The translations under genes and the position numbers were made by a program. The notes under the pieces were generated by a model. It had not been told where the DNA came from. It worked only from the letters and a program-made list of their open reading frames with translations, and searched no databases. A stretch of 64,000 nt of DNA from Balanoglossus misakiensis (lineage: Eukaryota; Animalia; Hemichordata). Shown one piece after another: positions 40,586 to 55,900 of this stretch. How positions within the stretch are numbered: the first letter of the stretch is position 1; the number at the start of each line of letters is the position of its first letter. Location: NCBI GenBank assembly GCA_040954595.2, contig CM082591.2, positions 12,008,457 through 12,072,456 on the forward strand, given 5' to 3'.

Positions 40586-41379
40586 GTGAATTTTTCATTC
40601 CTTATTTTCGCAGAACATGTATTTAATGCACTTGTCACTATTGCAAAAAGTAAGCTTTCACAAAATTTATGTCCAAATGTGCAAACATAAGTCTACCACA
40701 GGGCGCCCTACATGTCATCTGATAGTTCTATGGAGATTCAACCTCATTGCTGGATATGCCATGGGCACTCAAGTGAAAAAGTTTGTAAAGGCTGCCGACA
40801 AGCACTATTACGTACTCAACCCAGTCTATTGTCTCATAATATTGGGAAAATAGCTCATACAAATGTAAATGGTTGACACCAATGACGGACCACAACAAAA
40901 TCGACCTCGCTATGGACTGAAAGCTTACCTTAGCTCAGTTCTTTGTCGATGTATTAATATTTTACATGCATATATGTATTTGTTTCAGCTGGCGTAAATC
41001 ATCGCTGTTCTCAACGCCTATTGTAAGACCTATATCCGCAATCGCTGCCGAACCGAAGTCTTCTTCTCGATTAATTACAAAGTTCTTCCCCGTCAAACAC
41101 CGTATATACTGGTACACAGTCAATTTGCCTACATCTCAGTTTTCACCAACGACCGCGAGGTATTGCACTGTGCGCGTCACCTGCAATGAGCCAGCCACAC
41201 CATCAAGAACGGTATACATTGATTTGTTGAACAAGTTCATACACTGCACTTCCGTATAAAAAAGTTATGCGAGTTACTCTTACATAAACAGTTTTATTCT
41301 TGTTCTCATAATTACATGTAATTCATATATACAACAGTGGAAATTTCAACATGGGCTGGAAAAACATCTTTTCACTATG

Positions 41380-44300
41380 TGTACTCAATCGAATGTTTTT
41401 AAAGAAAATGATTAAATGAGCAATTTAAATTTTAAAAACACTCTTTTTACGGCGACAAAAACACTGTAGGATCATTATAAATCCCTTTTAGAAAATTTGA
41501 AGAAAACGCTTTATTTCTTTACTAAAAAAGTTTTATGCATGTTCAAAATCGATGTTATATTCATGTTGCTTATTTCGAACGACAATGAATTAACAAGAAA
41601 TTCTATCATAAATGCACCCCTGTTTAGGCTTTGAAACACTATTTAATCATTCTAAATAATTTCTTAGAAAATATAATAAAAACAACCATTTTTTGGGTTC
41701 GAAAAGGGCAAATATTGTTTACACTTAGTTAAGCTTCAATGTATAATTTCTTCTTTTTGAGTTTATTAAAATTGGTGCTCATTGCGCCCATTTTATCTAG
41801 TGTGTGTACGTGTGGTTCATTTAATATGAGGAATAGCACTCAAATCAAATTTAAATAAATCAAATTCAATTCAATCAAAATAAAATCACATCAGATATAT
41901 AATAAAGATGTTACCAAAGTAACATATTTATGACAATTGTGCAATCATTCTTTGAAAGAATTACTTAAACCGTTATTTCGCCACAAAAAAAGTTCAATAT
42001 TTGTTCCAGATCTATTGATTTTAAAGAAAATGATTTAATGAGCAATTTAAATTTAAAAACACTCTAATTATGGCGTAAAAAAACACTGTAGGCTAATGAG
42101 CCTAGTGTTTATCACTTTTCTGACAATTTGAATAAAACGCTTTAATTCTTTACTAAAAACATTTAATGCATGTTCAAATCGATGTTATATTAACATTGCA
42201 TATTTCGAAAGAAAATTAATTAACAAGCAAATCTAACATAAATGCACCCCTCTTTCGGCTTTGAAACACTATTTAATCATTCTAAATTCTTTCTTCGAAA
42301 ATATAATAAAAACAACCAATTTTTTGGGTTCGAAAAGGCACCCACAAACGCCAAGAATTGTTACACTTAGTGAAGCTTCAATATTCGATTTCTTCTTTTT
42401 GAGTTTATTAAAATGTGTGCTCATTGCGACCATTTCACCTAATATGAGGAATCTCACACAAATCAAATTTAAATAAATCAAATTCAATTCAATCAAAATA
42501 AAATAAAATCACATCAGATAAATAATAAAGATCTTATCAAAGTAACATATTTATGACGATTTTGCAATTATTCTTTGAAATAATTACTTAAACCATTATT
42601 TTGCCACAAAAAAGAGTTCAATATGTTATTAACTCAATCTTTGTTCCAGATCGAATGTTTTTAAAGAAAATGATGAAATGAGCAATTTAAATTTAAAAAC
42701 ACTCTAATTATGGCTTCGAAAACTCTATAAGACCATTATAAGTCCCTTTTTTGAAAATTTGAATAAATAGCTTTATTTCTTTACTAAAAACGTTTTATGC
42801 ATGTTCAAATCGATGTTATATTGAAATTGCATATTTCGAAAGAAAATTAATTAACAAGCAATTCTTACATAAATGCACCCCTCTTTCGTCTTTGAAACAC
42901 TATTTAATCATTCTAAATCCTGTCTTCGAAAATATAATAAAAAAAACAATTTTTGGGTTCGAAAAGGCACCTACAAACGCCAAGAATTGTTACACTTAGT
43001 GAAACTTCAATGTACAATTTTTTCTTTTTGAGTTTATTAAATTGTGCTCATTGCGCCCATTTCACCTAATATGAGGAATAGCACACAAATCAAATTTAAA
43101 TAAATCAAATTCAATTCAATCAAAATAAAATAAAATCACATCAGATATATAATAAAGATCTTATCAAAGTAACATTTATGACGATTTTGCAATTATTCTT
43201 TGAAATAATTACTTAAACCATTATTTTGCCACGAAAAGAGTTTAATATGTTATTAACTCAATCTTTGTTCCAGATCGAATGTTTTTAAAGAAAATGATAA
43301 AATGAGCAATTTAAATTTAAAAACACTCTAAGTATGGGTTCGAAAACTCTATAGGATCATTACAATTCCCTTTTCTGAAAATTTGAATAAATAGCTTTAT
43401 TTCTTTACTAAACACGTTTTATGCATGTTCAAATCGATGTTATATTTAAATTGCATATTTCGAAAGAAAATTATTTAACAAGCAATTCTAACATAAATGC
43501 ACCCATCTTTCGGCTTTGAAACACTATTTAATCATTCTAAACCTGTCTTCGAAAATATAATAAAAACAACCATTTTTGGGGTTCGAAAAGGCACCTACAA
43601 ACGCCAAGAATTTTTACACTTAGTGAAGCTGCAATGTACAATTTCTTCTTTTTGAGTTATTAAAATGTGTACTCATTGCGCCCATTTCACCTAATATGAG
43701 GAATAGCACAAAAATCAAATTTAAATAACTTAAATTCAATTCAATCAAAATAAAATAAAATCACATCAGATATATAATAAAGATCTTATCAAAGTAACAT
43801 ATTTATGACGATTTTGCAATTATTCTTTGAAATAATTACTTAAACCATTATTTTGCCACGAAAAGAGTTCAATATGTTATTAACTCAATCTTTGTTCCAG
43901 ATCGAATGTTTTTAAAGAAAATGATAAAATGAGCAATTTAAATTGAAAAACACTCTAATTATGGCTTCGAAAACTCTATAGGACCATTATAAGTCCCTTT
44001 CCTGAAAATTTGAATAAATAGCTTTATTTCTTTACTTAACACGTTTTATGCATGTTCAAATCGATGTAATATTGAAATTGCATATTTCGAAAGAAAATTA
44101 ATTAACAAGCAATTCTAACATAAATGCACCCATCTTTCGGCTTTGAAACACTATTTAATCATTCTAAATCCTGTCTTCGAAAATATAATAAAAACAACCA
44201 TTTTTTGGGTTCGAAAAGGCACCTACAAACGCCAAGAATTTTTACACTTAGTGAAGCTTCAATGTACAATTTCTTCTTTTTGAGTTTATTAAAATGTGTG

Positions 44301-44740
44301 CTCATTGCGCCCATTTCACCTAATATGAGGAATAGCACACAAATCAAATTTAAATAAATCAAATTCAATTAAATCAAAATAAAATTACATCAGATATATA
44401 ATAAAGATCTTGTCAAAGTAACATATTTATGACGATTTTGCAATTATTCTTTGAAAGAATTACTTAAACCATTATTTTGTTACGAAAAGAGTTCAATAAG
44501 TTATTAACTCAATCTTTTAAAATTTGAATAAAACGCTTTATTTCTTTACTAAAAACGTTTTATGCATGTTCAAATCGATGTTATATTTAAAAGGCTTATT
44601 TCGAACGAAAATTAATTAACAAGCAATTCTAACACAACTGCACCCTCATTAGGCTTAGAAACACTATTTAATCATTCTAAATCCTTTCTTCGAAAATATA
44701 ATAAAAACAGCAATTTTTTGGGCTCGAAAACTGTTCAATA
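41380..44740. repeat. AT-rich tandem repeat, ~628 bp unit, about 5.5 diverged copies
   Basis: The marker ATGCATGTTCAAA(A)TCGATG occurs at about 41535, 42166, 42797, 43421, 44048 and 44562 (spacings 631, 631, 624, 627, 514). Boundaries are approximate. Confidence 0.92.
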
Positions 44741-46990
44741 CGATATTATAAAGATGTTTGTTCCATATCACATGTTTATAATAAATATGATTTAATGAGA
44801 AGTCCATATTTAAAAACACACTAATTTATTTTGTAAATACATTGTAGAAATATTAGAAAACCCTTTTTTGATAATTGTATATAAAACGCATTTTTTTTTA
44901 CAAAAAAATGTTCAAACCGATATAAAACATGTGAAATTCACATTGAGTATTTTGAACGAAAATGATTTAACAAGTAATTGAAACATAAATGCTCATAGTT
45001 TAAAGGCTTTGGAACACTTTAAAACCATTCTGAAACCTTTTAATGAACATAATTCAAAACCATCCTTTATTCGGGCACAAAAACTGTTCAAAATGATTAT
45101 TTTCTTATATCGCACGTTTTTTGATAAAAATTAATTAGTAATGATTTCAAACTCAAAAACATTCTTATTTAGGCTTATAAACATTCTAAAATCCTTTTAA
45201 AATTTTTCTCTCGATTTAAGGCTTATAAACACTTATTAATCAATCTAAAACATTTCTTTGGCACGAAAACTTTTCTATACGACATAAAATGATGCATGTT
45301 CCATATTGCGTTTTTTATATTAAAAAAGACAATAAACATTTCAAATTTAAAAACATTCTAATTTAGGCTTTAAACACTGAAGGATTATGTAAAATCGATT
45401 TTATATTAATTTGCGCATTTTGAAGTAATTTATTTATTAAGCGATTTTCTGCGAATACAAATCGATTTTAGGCTTAACAACACTTTGTTATCATTCTTTC
45501 TTTGAAAATATTATAAGGACATCAATTTTTGGGGCTTGAAAACTGTTCAATACGATATTAAAATGATGTTTGTTCCATATCGCATGTTTATAATAAATAG
45601 CATTTTTAATTTAAAAGCGCTCTACTTAAGGCATAAAAATCGATGTTATAATGGTATTGCGTATCTTAAATAAAATTTATTTAATAAGCGTTTTCAATAT
45701 GAATACACATCGATTTCAGGCTTAAACACTTTTTATAATCTATATTTATCTTTGATAATAATAATAAAACACCCATATTTTGGGCACGAAAACTGTTCAT
45801 GAAAATTTTTATATAATATTCATTTTTTCCCACGAAAAGTGTTTTATAAGACATGAAGTCGATGTTACACTCGAATTGCGTATTTTGAATGTAAATGATT
45901 AAAAAAGCAATTGTAGTGTATAGGCTATCTGATTTAAGGTTTTTCGACACTTTGAAATTGTTCTAAATTTAATATAAAACCAACCTTCATTTGGGCACTA
46001 GACTGTTCAATGTTCGATATTTGTTCCATATCTCATAATTTTCATAACATGATTTAACAATTGTTTCAAACCCAAAAACACCCTAGTTTATGCTTATTGA
46101 CACTTCTAAATCCTTTTAAAATGTTTCTCTGAAAATATAAATTTTCATGATTTGGCTAAAAAAGGTCTTTATTACGATAAAAAAAAATCAATGTTTTATT
46201 CACATTGCATGGTTTGAAATAAAATAATTTAATAATTGATAAATACACTGATTTAATGCTTTTTAATGCTTTTTATCATTCTAAAACATTTCTATTAAAG
46301 TATTTCCCAAAACGATATTAAAAACGATTCAATTAGCATTACATTTTTAAAAACTTATTTGGGGTTAAAACACTGTTAGCTCATTATACAATGCCTTTTT
46401 TAGAATTTTAATTAAAATGCATTTTTTAGTATGAAAAATGTGTTTTACGGTATAAAATCGATGTTATAATAACATTGCCTTTTTAAAATAAAAAGTGATT
46501 TAATAAGCGATCTTATATTAGAACACATCGATTTAAGGTTTAACACACTTTCTTTGATGATATTGATCATTATAAAACCTTTCATTGAAAATTATATCTG
46601 AAACACATTTTTTTAAGAAAAATGTTTAATTCGATGTAAAATTGATGTTATATTCACATTGCCTTTTTTGACCGAAAAATAATTCAAGCAGCAATTCTTA
46701 TAAAAATAATCCTGTCTATAGGCTATGAAACGCTTTTTAATAATTCTAAAACTATCATTAAAAGTATTACTAAAACCCAATATTTTGGAACGAAAACTGC
46801 TCAATTCAACATCAAAACGTTGTTTGTTCCTTATTGCACTTTTATATTAAAAACGATTCCATAAGCATTTAAACTTTACAAGCAATCTAATTTATCAATT
46901 AATACAATGTTAGTTTATCATAAATACCCCTTTGAAAATAGTATATAAATTGCAATATTTTGGTCCGAAGTTTAATACAGTATTAAATCA
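44740..46990. repeat. Degenerate AT-rich repeat related to the 628 bp unit
   Basis: Motifs TCGATGTTATA, GGGCxCGAAAACTGTTCAA and AGGCTTxAAACACT...ATCATTCT recur at irregular spacing. Confidence 0.7.
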
Positions 46991-46994
46991 ACTC

Positions 46995-49900
46995 TTACTC
47001 TTGACCGTTGACCCCTTGATCCTTTGACCCCTTGATCTTTGATCTCCAACTCTTGAACTCTAACCCTTGACCTTTGACCCTTGACCCTTGAAATCTAACC
47101 TTTGACCCATGACCCTTTGACCCCATGATCCTTGATCTCCAACTCTTGAACTCTAATCCTTGACCTTTGAACCTTCAACTCAAACCCTTGACCTCTTGAC
47201 CTTAACTGCAACTTTTGACTTTTGAACTCTAACCCTTGACCTTTGACCCTTGACCTTTGACCATTGAAATCTAACCTTTGGCACTTGACCCTTTGACCCC
47301 TTGATCCTTGATCTCCAATTCTTGAACTCTAACCCTTGACCTTTGAACCTTCAACCCTAACCCTTGACCCTTGACCTCTTGACCTTAACTCCAACCTTTG
47401 ACTTTTGAACTCTTACCATTGACCTTTGACCCTTGAACTATAACCCTTTACCCTTGAACTATATCACTTAAACTCTAATTCTTGGCCACTGACTCTTGGT
47501 CCATTGACCCTTGACCTTTGACCTTTGACCCTTGCAACTTTGACCTTTAAAATCTAACCTTTGACCCCTTGATCCTTTGACCCCTTGATCCTTGATCTCC
47601 AACTCTTGAAATCTAATTGTTGACTTTTGACCCTTGACCTTTGACCCTTGAAATGTAACCTTTGACCTTTGACCCCTTGATCCCTGATCTCCAACTCTTG
47701 AACTCTAACCCTTGACCTTTGAACCTTCAACTCTAACCCTTGACCCTTGATCTCTTGACCTTTACTCCAACTTCAGACTTTTGAAATCTAACCCTTGACC
47801 TTTGACCCTTGACCTTTGACCATTGAAATGTAACCTTTGACCTTTGACCCCTTGATCCTTGATCTCCAACTCTTGAACTCTAACCCTTGACCTTTGAACC
47901 TTCAACTCTAACCCTTGACCCTTGACCTATTGACCTTAACTCCAACTTTGGACTTTTGAACTCTAACCATTGACCTTTGACCCTTGAACTATAACCTTTG
48001 ACCCATGAACTATATCACGTAATCTCTAATACTTGGCCACTGACTCTTGGTCCCTTGACCCTTGACCCTTGCAACTTTGACCCTGAAATCTAACCTTTGA
48101 CTTTTTGACCCCTTGATCCTTGATCTCATACTCTTGAACTCTAAGCCTTGGCCTTTGAACCTTCAACTCTAACCATTGACCCTTGACCTCTTGACTTTAA
48201 CTCCAACTTTTGACTTTTGAACTCTAACCCTTGACCTTTGACCCTTGACCTTTGACCCTTGAAATCTAACCTTTGACCCTTGACCCTTTGACCCCTTGAT
48301 CCTTCATCTCCAATTCTTGAACTCTAACCCTTGACTTTTGACCTCTTGACCTTAACTCCAACTTTTGAATTCTAACTCTTGACCCTTGACCCTTGCACCT
48401 TTGACCCTTGAAATATAACCTTTGATCCTTGATCTCCTACTCTTGAACTCTAACCCTTGACCTTTGAACCTTCAACTCTTACCCTTGACTCTTGACCTCT
48501 TGACCTTAACTCCAACTTTTGACTTTTGAAATCTAACCCTTGACCTTTGACCCTTGAAATCTAACCTTTGACCCTTGACACTTTGACCGCTTGATCCTAG
48601 ATCTCCAACTCTTGAACTCTAACCCTTGACCTTTGAACCTTCAACTCTAACCCTTGACTCTTGACCTCTTGACCTTAACTCCAACTTTTGACGTTTGACG
48701 TCTAACCCTTGACCTTTGATCCTTGACCTTTGACCCTTGAAATCTAACCTTTGACTTTTTGACCCCTTGATCCTTGATCTCATACTCTTGAACTCTAAGC
48801 CTTGGCCTTTGAACCTTCAACCCTAACCCTTGACCCTTGACCTCTTGACCTTAACTCCAACCTTTGAACTCTAACCGTTGACCTTTGACCCTTGATCTAT
48901 AACCTTTTACCCTTGAACTATATCACTTAAACTCTAATTCTTGGCCACTGACTCTTGGTCCCTTGACCTTTGACCTTTGACCCTTGCAACTTTGACTTTT
49001 GAAATCTAACCGTTGACCCCTTGATCCTTTGACCCCTTGATCTTTGATCTCCAACTCTTGAACTCTAACCCTTGACCTTTGAACCTTGACCCTTGAAATC
49101 TAACCTTTGACCCATGACCCTTTGACCCCATGATCCTTGATCTCCAACTCTTGAACTCTAATCCTTGACCTTTGAACCTTCAACTAAAACCCTTGACCTC
49201 TTGACCTTAACTGCAACTTTTGACTTTTGAACTCTAACCCTTGACCTTTGACCCTTGACCTTTGACCATTGAAATCTAATCTTTGACACTTGACCCTTTG
49301 ACCCCTTGATCCTTGATCTCCAATTCTTGAACTCTAACCCTTGACCTTTGAACCTTCAACCTTAACCCTTGACCCTTGACCTCTTGACCTTCACTCCAAC
49401 CTTTGACTTTTGAACTCTAACCGTTGACCTTTGACCCTTGAACTATAACCTTTTACCCTTGAACTATATCACTTAAACTCTAATTCTTGGCCACTGACTC
49501 TTGGTCCATTGACCCTTGACCTTTGACCCTTGACCCTTGCAACTTTGACCTTTAAAATCTAACCTTTGACCCCTTGATCCTTTGACCCCTTGATCCTTGA
49601 TCTCCAACTCTTGAAATCTAACCGTTGACTTTTGACCCTTGACCTTTGACCCTTGAAATGTAACCTTTGACCTTTGACCCCTTGATCCCTGATCTCCAAC
49701 TCTTGAACTCTAACCCTTGACTTTTGAACCTTCAACTCTAACCCTTGACCCTTGACCTCTTGACCTTTACTCCAACTTCAGACTTTTGAAATCTAACCCT
49801 TGACCTTTGACCCTTGACCTTTGACCATTGAAATGTAACCTTTGACCTTTGACCCCTTGATCCTTGATCTCCAACTCTTGAACTCTAACCCTTGACCTTT

Positions 49901-52900
49901 GAACCTTCAACTCTAACCCTTGACCCTTGACCTATTGACCTTAACTCCAACTTTGGACTTTTGAACTCTAACCATTGACCTTTGACCCTTGAACTATAAC
50001 TTTTGACCCTTGAACTATATCACGTAATCTCTAATACTTGGCCACTGACTCTTGGTCCCTTGACCCTTGACCCTTGCAACTTTGACCCTTGAAATCTAAC
50101 CTTTGACTTCTTGACCCCTTGATCCTTGATCTCATACTCTTGAACTCTAAGCCTTGGCCTTTGAACCTTCAGCTCTAACCATTGACCCTTGACCTCTTGA
50201 CTTTAACTCCAACTTTTGACTTTTGAACTCTAACCCTTGACATTTGACCCTTGACCTTTGACCCTTGAAATCTAACCTTTGACCCTTGACCCTTTGACCC
50301 CTTGATCCTTCATCTCCAATTCTTGAACTCTAACCCTTGACTCTTGACCTTAACTCCAACTTTTGACTTTTGAATTCTAACCCTTGACCCTTGACCCTTG
50401 CACCTTTGACCCTTGAAATATAACCTTTGATCCTTGATCTCTTACTCTTGAACTCTAACCCTTGACCTTTGAACCTTCAACTCTAACCCTTGACTCTTGA
50501 CCTCTTGACCTTAACTCCAACTTTTGACTTTTGAAATCTAACCCTTGACCTTTGACCCTTGAAATCTAACCTTTGACCCTTGACACTTTGACCGCTTGAT
50601 CCTAGATCTCCAACTTTTGAACTCTAACCCTTGACCTTTGAACCTTCAACTCTAACCCTTGACTCTTGACCTAAACTCCAAATTTTGACGTTTGACGTCT
50701 AACTCTTGACCTTTGATCCTTGACCTTTGACCCTTGAAATCTAACCTTTGACTTTTTGACCCCTTGATCCTTGATCTCATACTCTTGAACTCTAAGCCTT
50801 GGCCTTTGAACCTTCAACCCTAACCCTTGACCCTTGACCTCTTGACCTTAACTCCAACCTTTGACTTTTGAACTCTAACCGTTGACCTTTGACCCTTGAA
50901 CTATAACCTTTTACCCTTGAACTATATCACTTAAACTCTAATTCTTGGCCACTGACTCTTGGTCCCTTGACCCTTGACCCTTTGACCCTTGCAACTTTGA
51001 CCGTTGAAATCTAACCGTTGACCCCTTGATCCTTTGACCCCTTGATCTTTGATCTCCAACTCTTGAACTCTAACCATTGACCTTTGACCCTTGAACTATA
51101 ACCTTTGACCCTTGAACTATATCACGTAATCTCTAATACTTGGCCACTGACTCTTGGTCCCTTGACCCTTGACCCTTGCAACTTTGACCCTTGAAATCTA
51201 ATCTTTGACCCTTTGACCCCTTGATCCTTGATCTCCAACTCTTGAACTCTAATCCTTGACCTTTGAACCTTCAACTCTAACCATTGACCCTTGACCTCTT
51301 GACTTTAACTCCAACTTTTGACTTTTGAACTCTAACCCTTGACCTTTGACCCTTGACCTTTGACCCTTGAAATCTAACATTTGACCCTTGACCCTTTGAC
51401 CCCTTGATCCTTCATCTCCAATTCTTGAACTCTAACCCTTGACCCTTGACCCTTGCACCTTTGACCCTTGAAATATAATCTTTGATCCTTGATCTCCTAC
51501 TCTTGAACTCTAACCTTTGACCTTTGAACCTTCAACTCTAACCCTTGACCCTTGATCTCTTGACCTTTACTCCAACTTCAGACTTTTGAAATCTAACCCT
51601 TGACCTTTGACCCTTGACCTTTGACCATTGAAATGTAACCTTTGACCTTTGACCCCTTGATCCTTGATCTCCAACTCTTGAACTCTAACCCTTGACCTTT
51701 GAACCTTCAACTCTAACCCTTGACCCTTGACCTATTGACCTTAACTCCAACTTTGGACTTTTGAACTCTAACCATTGACCTTTGACCCTTGCAACTTTGA
51801 CCTTTAAAATCTAACCTTTGACCCCTTGATCCTTTGACCCCTTGATCCTTGATCTCCAACTCTTGAAATCTAATTGTTGACTTTTGACCCTTGACCTTTG
51901 ACCCTTGAAATGTAACCTTTGACCTTTGACCCCTTGATCCCTGATCTCCAACTCTTGAACTCTAACCCTTGACCTTTGAACCTTCAACTCTAACCCTTGA
52001 CCCTTGATCTCTTGACCTTTACTCCAACTTCAGACTTTTGAAATCTAACCCTTGACCTTTGACCCTTGACCTTTGACCATTGAAATGTAACCTTTGACCT
52101 TTGACCCCTTGATCCTTGATCTCCAACTCTTGAACTCTAACCCTTGACCTTTGAACCTTCAACTCTAACCCTTGACCCTTGACCTATTGACCTTAACTCC
52201 AACTTTGGACTTTTGAACTCTAACCATTGACCTTTGACCCTTGAACTATAACCTTTGACCCATGAACTATATCACGTAATCTCTAATACTTGGCCACTGA
52301 CTCTTGGTCCCTTGACCCTTGACCCTTGCAACTTTGACCCTGAAATCTAACCTTTGACTTTTTGACCCCTTGATCCTTGATCTCATACTCTTGAACTCTA
52401 AGCCTTGGCCTTTGAACCTTCAACTCTAACCATTGACCCTTGACCTCTTGACTTTAACTCCAACTTTTGACTTTTGAACTCTAACCCTTGACCTTTGACC
52501 CTTGACCTTTGACCCTTGAAATCTAACCTTTGACCCTTGACCCTTTGACCCCTTGATCCTTCATCTCCAATTCTTGAACTCTAACCCTTGACTTTTGACC
52601 TCTTGACCTTAACTCCAACTTTTGAATTCTAACTCTTGACCCTTGACCCTTGCACCTTTGACCCTTGAAATATAACCTTTGATCCTTGATCTCCTACTCT
52701 TGAACTCTAACCCTTGACCTTTGAACCTTCAACTCTTACCCTTGACTCTTGACCTCTTGACCTTAACTCCAACTTTTGACTTTTGAAATCTAACCCTTGA
52801 CCTTTGACCCTTGAAATCTAACCTTTGACCCTTGACACTTTGACCGCTTGATCCTAGATCTCCAACTCTTGAACTCTAACCCTTGACCTTTGAACCTTCA

Positions 52901-55900
52901 ACTCTAACCCTTGACTCTTGACCTCTTGACCTTAACTCCAACTTTTGACGTTTGACGTCTAACCCTTGACCTTTGATCCTTGACCTTTGACCCTTGAAAT
53001 CTAACCTTTGACTTTTTGACCCCTTGATCCTTGATCTCATACTCTTGAACTCTAAGCCTTGGCCTTTGAACCTTCAACCCTAACCCTTGACCCTTGACCT
53101 CTTGACCTTAACTCCAACCTTTGAACTCTAACCGTTGACCTTTGACCCTTGATCTATAACCTTTTACCCTTGAACTATATCACTTAAACTCTAATTCTTG
53201 GCCACTGACTCTTGGTCCCTTGACCTTTGACCTTTGACCCTTGCAACTTTGACTTTTGAAATCTAACCGTTGACCCCTTGATCCTTTGACCCCTTGATCT
53301 TTGATCTCCAACTCTTGAACTCTAACCCTTGACCTTTGAACCTTGACCCTTGAAATCTAACCTTTGACCCATGACCCTTTGACCCCATGATCCTTGATCT
53401 CCAACTCTTGAACTCTAATCCTTGACCTTTGAACCTTCAACTAAAACCCTTGACCTCTTGACCTTAACTGCAACTTTTGACTTTTGAACTCTAACCCTTG
53501 ACCTTTGACCCTTGACCTTTGACCATTGAAATCTAATCTTTGACACTTGACCCTTTGACCCCTTGATCCTTGATCTCCAATTCTTGAACTCTAACCCTTG
53601 ACCTTTGAACCTTCAACCTTAACCCTTGACCCTTGACCTCTTGACCTTCACTCCAACCTTTGACTTTTGAACTCTAACCGTTGACCTTTGACCCTTGAAC
53701 TATAACCTTTTACCCTTGAACTATATCACTTAAACTCTAATTCTTGGCCACTGACTCTTGGTCCATTGACCCTTGACCTTTGACCCTTGACCCTTGCAAC
53801 TTTGACCTTTAAAATCTAACCTTTGACCCCTTGATCCTTTGACCCCTTGATCCTTGATCTCCAACTCTTGAAATCTAACCGTTGACTTTTGACCCTTGAC
53901 CTTTGACCCTTGAAATGTAACCTTTGACCTTTGACCCCTTGATCCCTGATCTCCAACTCTTGAACTCTAACCCTTGACTTTTGAACCTTCAACTCTAACC
54001 CTTGACCCTTGACCTCTTGACCTTTACTCCAACTTCAGACTTTTGAAATCTAACCCTTGACCTTTGACCCTTGACCTTTGACCATTGAAATGTAACCTTT
54101 GACCTTTGACCCCTTGATCCTTGATCTCCAACTCTTGAACTCTAACCCTTGACCTTTGAACCTTCAACTCTAACCCTTGACCCTTGACCTATTGACCTTA
54201 ACTCCAACTTTGGACTTTTGAACTCTAACCATTGACCTTTGACCCTTGAACTATAACTTTTGACCCTTGAACTATATCACGTAATCTCTAATACTTGGCC
54301 ACTGACTCTTGGTCCCTTGACCCTTGACCCTTGCAACTTTGACCCTTGAAATCTAACCTTTGACTTCTTGACCCCTTGATCCTTGATCTCATACTCTTGA
54401 ACTCTAAGCCTTGGCCTTTGAACCTTCAGCTCTAACCATTGACCCTTGACCTCTTGACTTTAACTCCAACTTTTGACTTTTGAACTCTAACCCTTGACAT
54501 TTGACCCTTGACCTTTGACCCTTGAAATCTAACCTTTGACCCTTGACCCTTTGACCCCTTGATCCTTCATCTCCAATTCTTGAACTCTAACCCTTGACTC
54601 TTGACCTTAACTCCAACTTTTGACTTTTGAATTCTAACCCTTGACCCTTGACCCTTGCACCTTTGACCCTTGAAATATAACCTTTGATCCTTGATCTCTT
54701 ACTCTTGAACTCTAACCCTTGACCTTTGAACCTTCAACTCTAACCCTTGACTCTTGACCTCTTGACCTTAACTCCAACTTTTGACTTTTGAAATCTAACC
54801 CTTGACCTTTGACCCTTGAAATCTAACCTTTGACCCTTGACACTTTGACCGCTTGATCCTAGATCTCCAACTTTTGAACTCTAACCCTTGACCTTTGAAC
54901 CTTCAACTCTAACCCTTGACTCTTGACCTAAACTCCAAATTTTGACGTTTGACGTCTAACTCTTGACCTTTGATCCTTGACCTTTGACCCTTGAAATCTA
55001 ACCTTTGACTTTTTGACCCCTTGATCCTTGATCTCATACTCTTGAACTCTAAGCCTTGGCCTTTGAACCTTCAACCCTAACCCTTGACCCTTGACCTCTT
55101 GACCTTAACTCCAACCTTTGACTTTTGAACTCTAACCGTTGACCTTTGACCCTTGAACTATAACCTTTTACCCTTGAACTATATCACTTAAACTCTAATT
55201 CTTGGCCACTGACTCTTGGTCCCTTGACCCTTGACCCTTTGACCCTTGCAACTTTGACCGTTGAAATCTAACCGTTGACCCCTTGATCCTTTGACCCCTT
55301 GATCTTTGATCTCCAACTCTTGAACTCTAACCATTGACCTTTGACCCTTGAACTATAACCTTTGACCCTTGAACTATATCACGTAATCTCTAATACTTGG
55401 CCACTGACTCTTGGTCCCTTGACCCTTGACCCTTGCAACTTTGACCCTTGAAATCTAATCTTTGACCCTTTGACCCCTTGATCCTTGATCTCCAACTCTT
55501 GAACTCTAATCCTTGACCTTTGAACCTTCAACTCTAACCATTGACCCTTGACCTCTTGACTTTAACTCCAACTTTTGACTTTTGAACTCTAACCCTTGAC
55601 CTTTGACCCTTGACCTTTGACCCTTGAAATCTAACATTTGACCCTTGACCCTTTGACCCCTTGATCCTTCATCTCCAATTCTTGAACTCTAACCCTTGAC
55701 CCTTGACCCTTGCACCTTTGACCCTTGAAATATAATCTTTGATCCTTGATCTCCTACTCTTGAACTCTAACCTTTGACCTTTGAACCTTCAACTCTAACC
55801 CTTGACCCTTGATCTCTTGACCTTTACTCCAACTTCAGACTTTTGAAATCTAACCCTTGACCTTTGACCCTTGACCTTTGACCATTGAAATGTAACCTTT

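Noticed and set aside
40362-40598. 78-aa minus-strand ORF
   Set aside because: It is the antisense shadow of plus-strand INTS1-like exon C.
42261-46804. ORFs within the AT-rich repeats
   Set aside because: Low-complexity F/K/I/N-rich chance frames that are not conserved between repeat copies.
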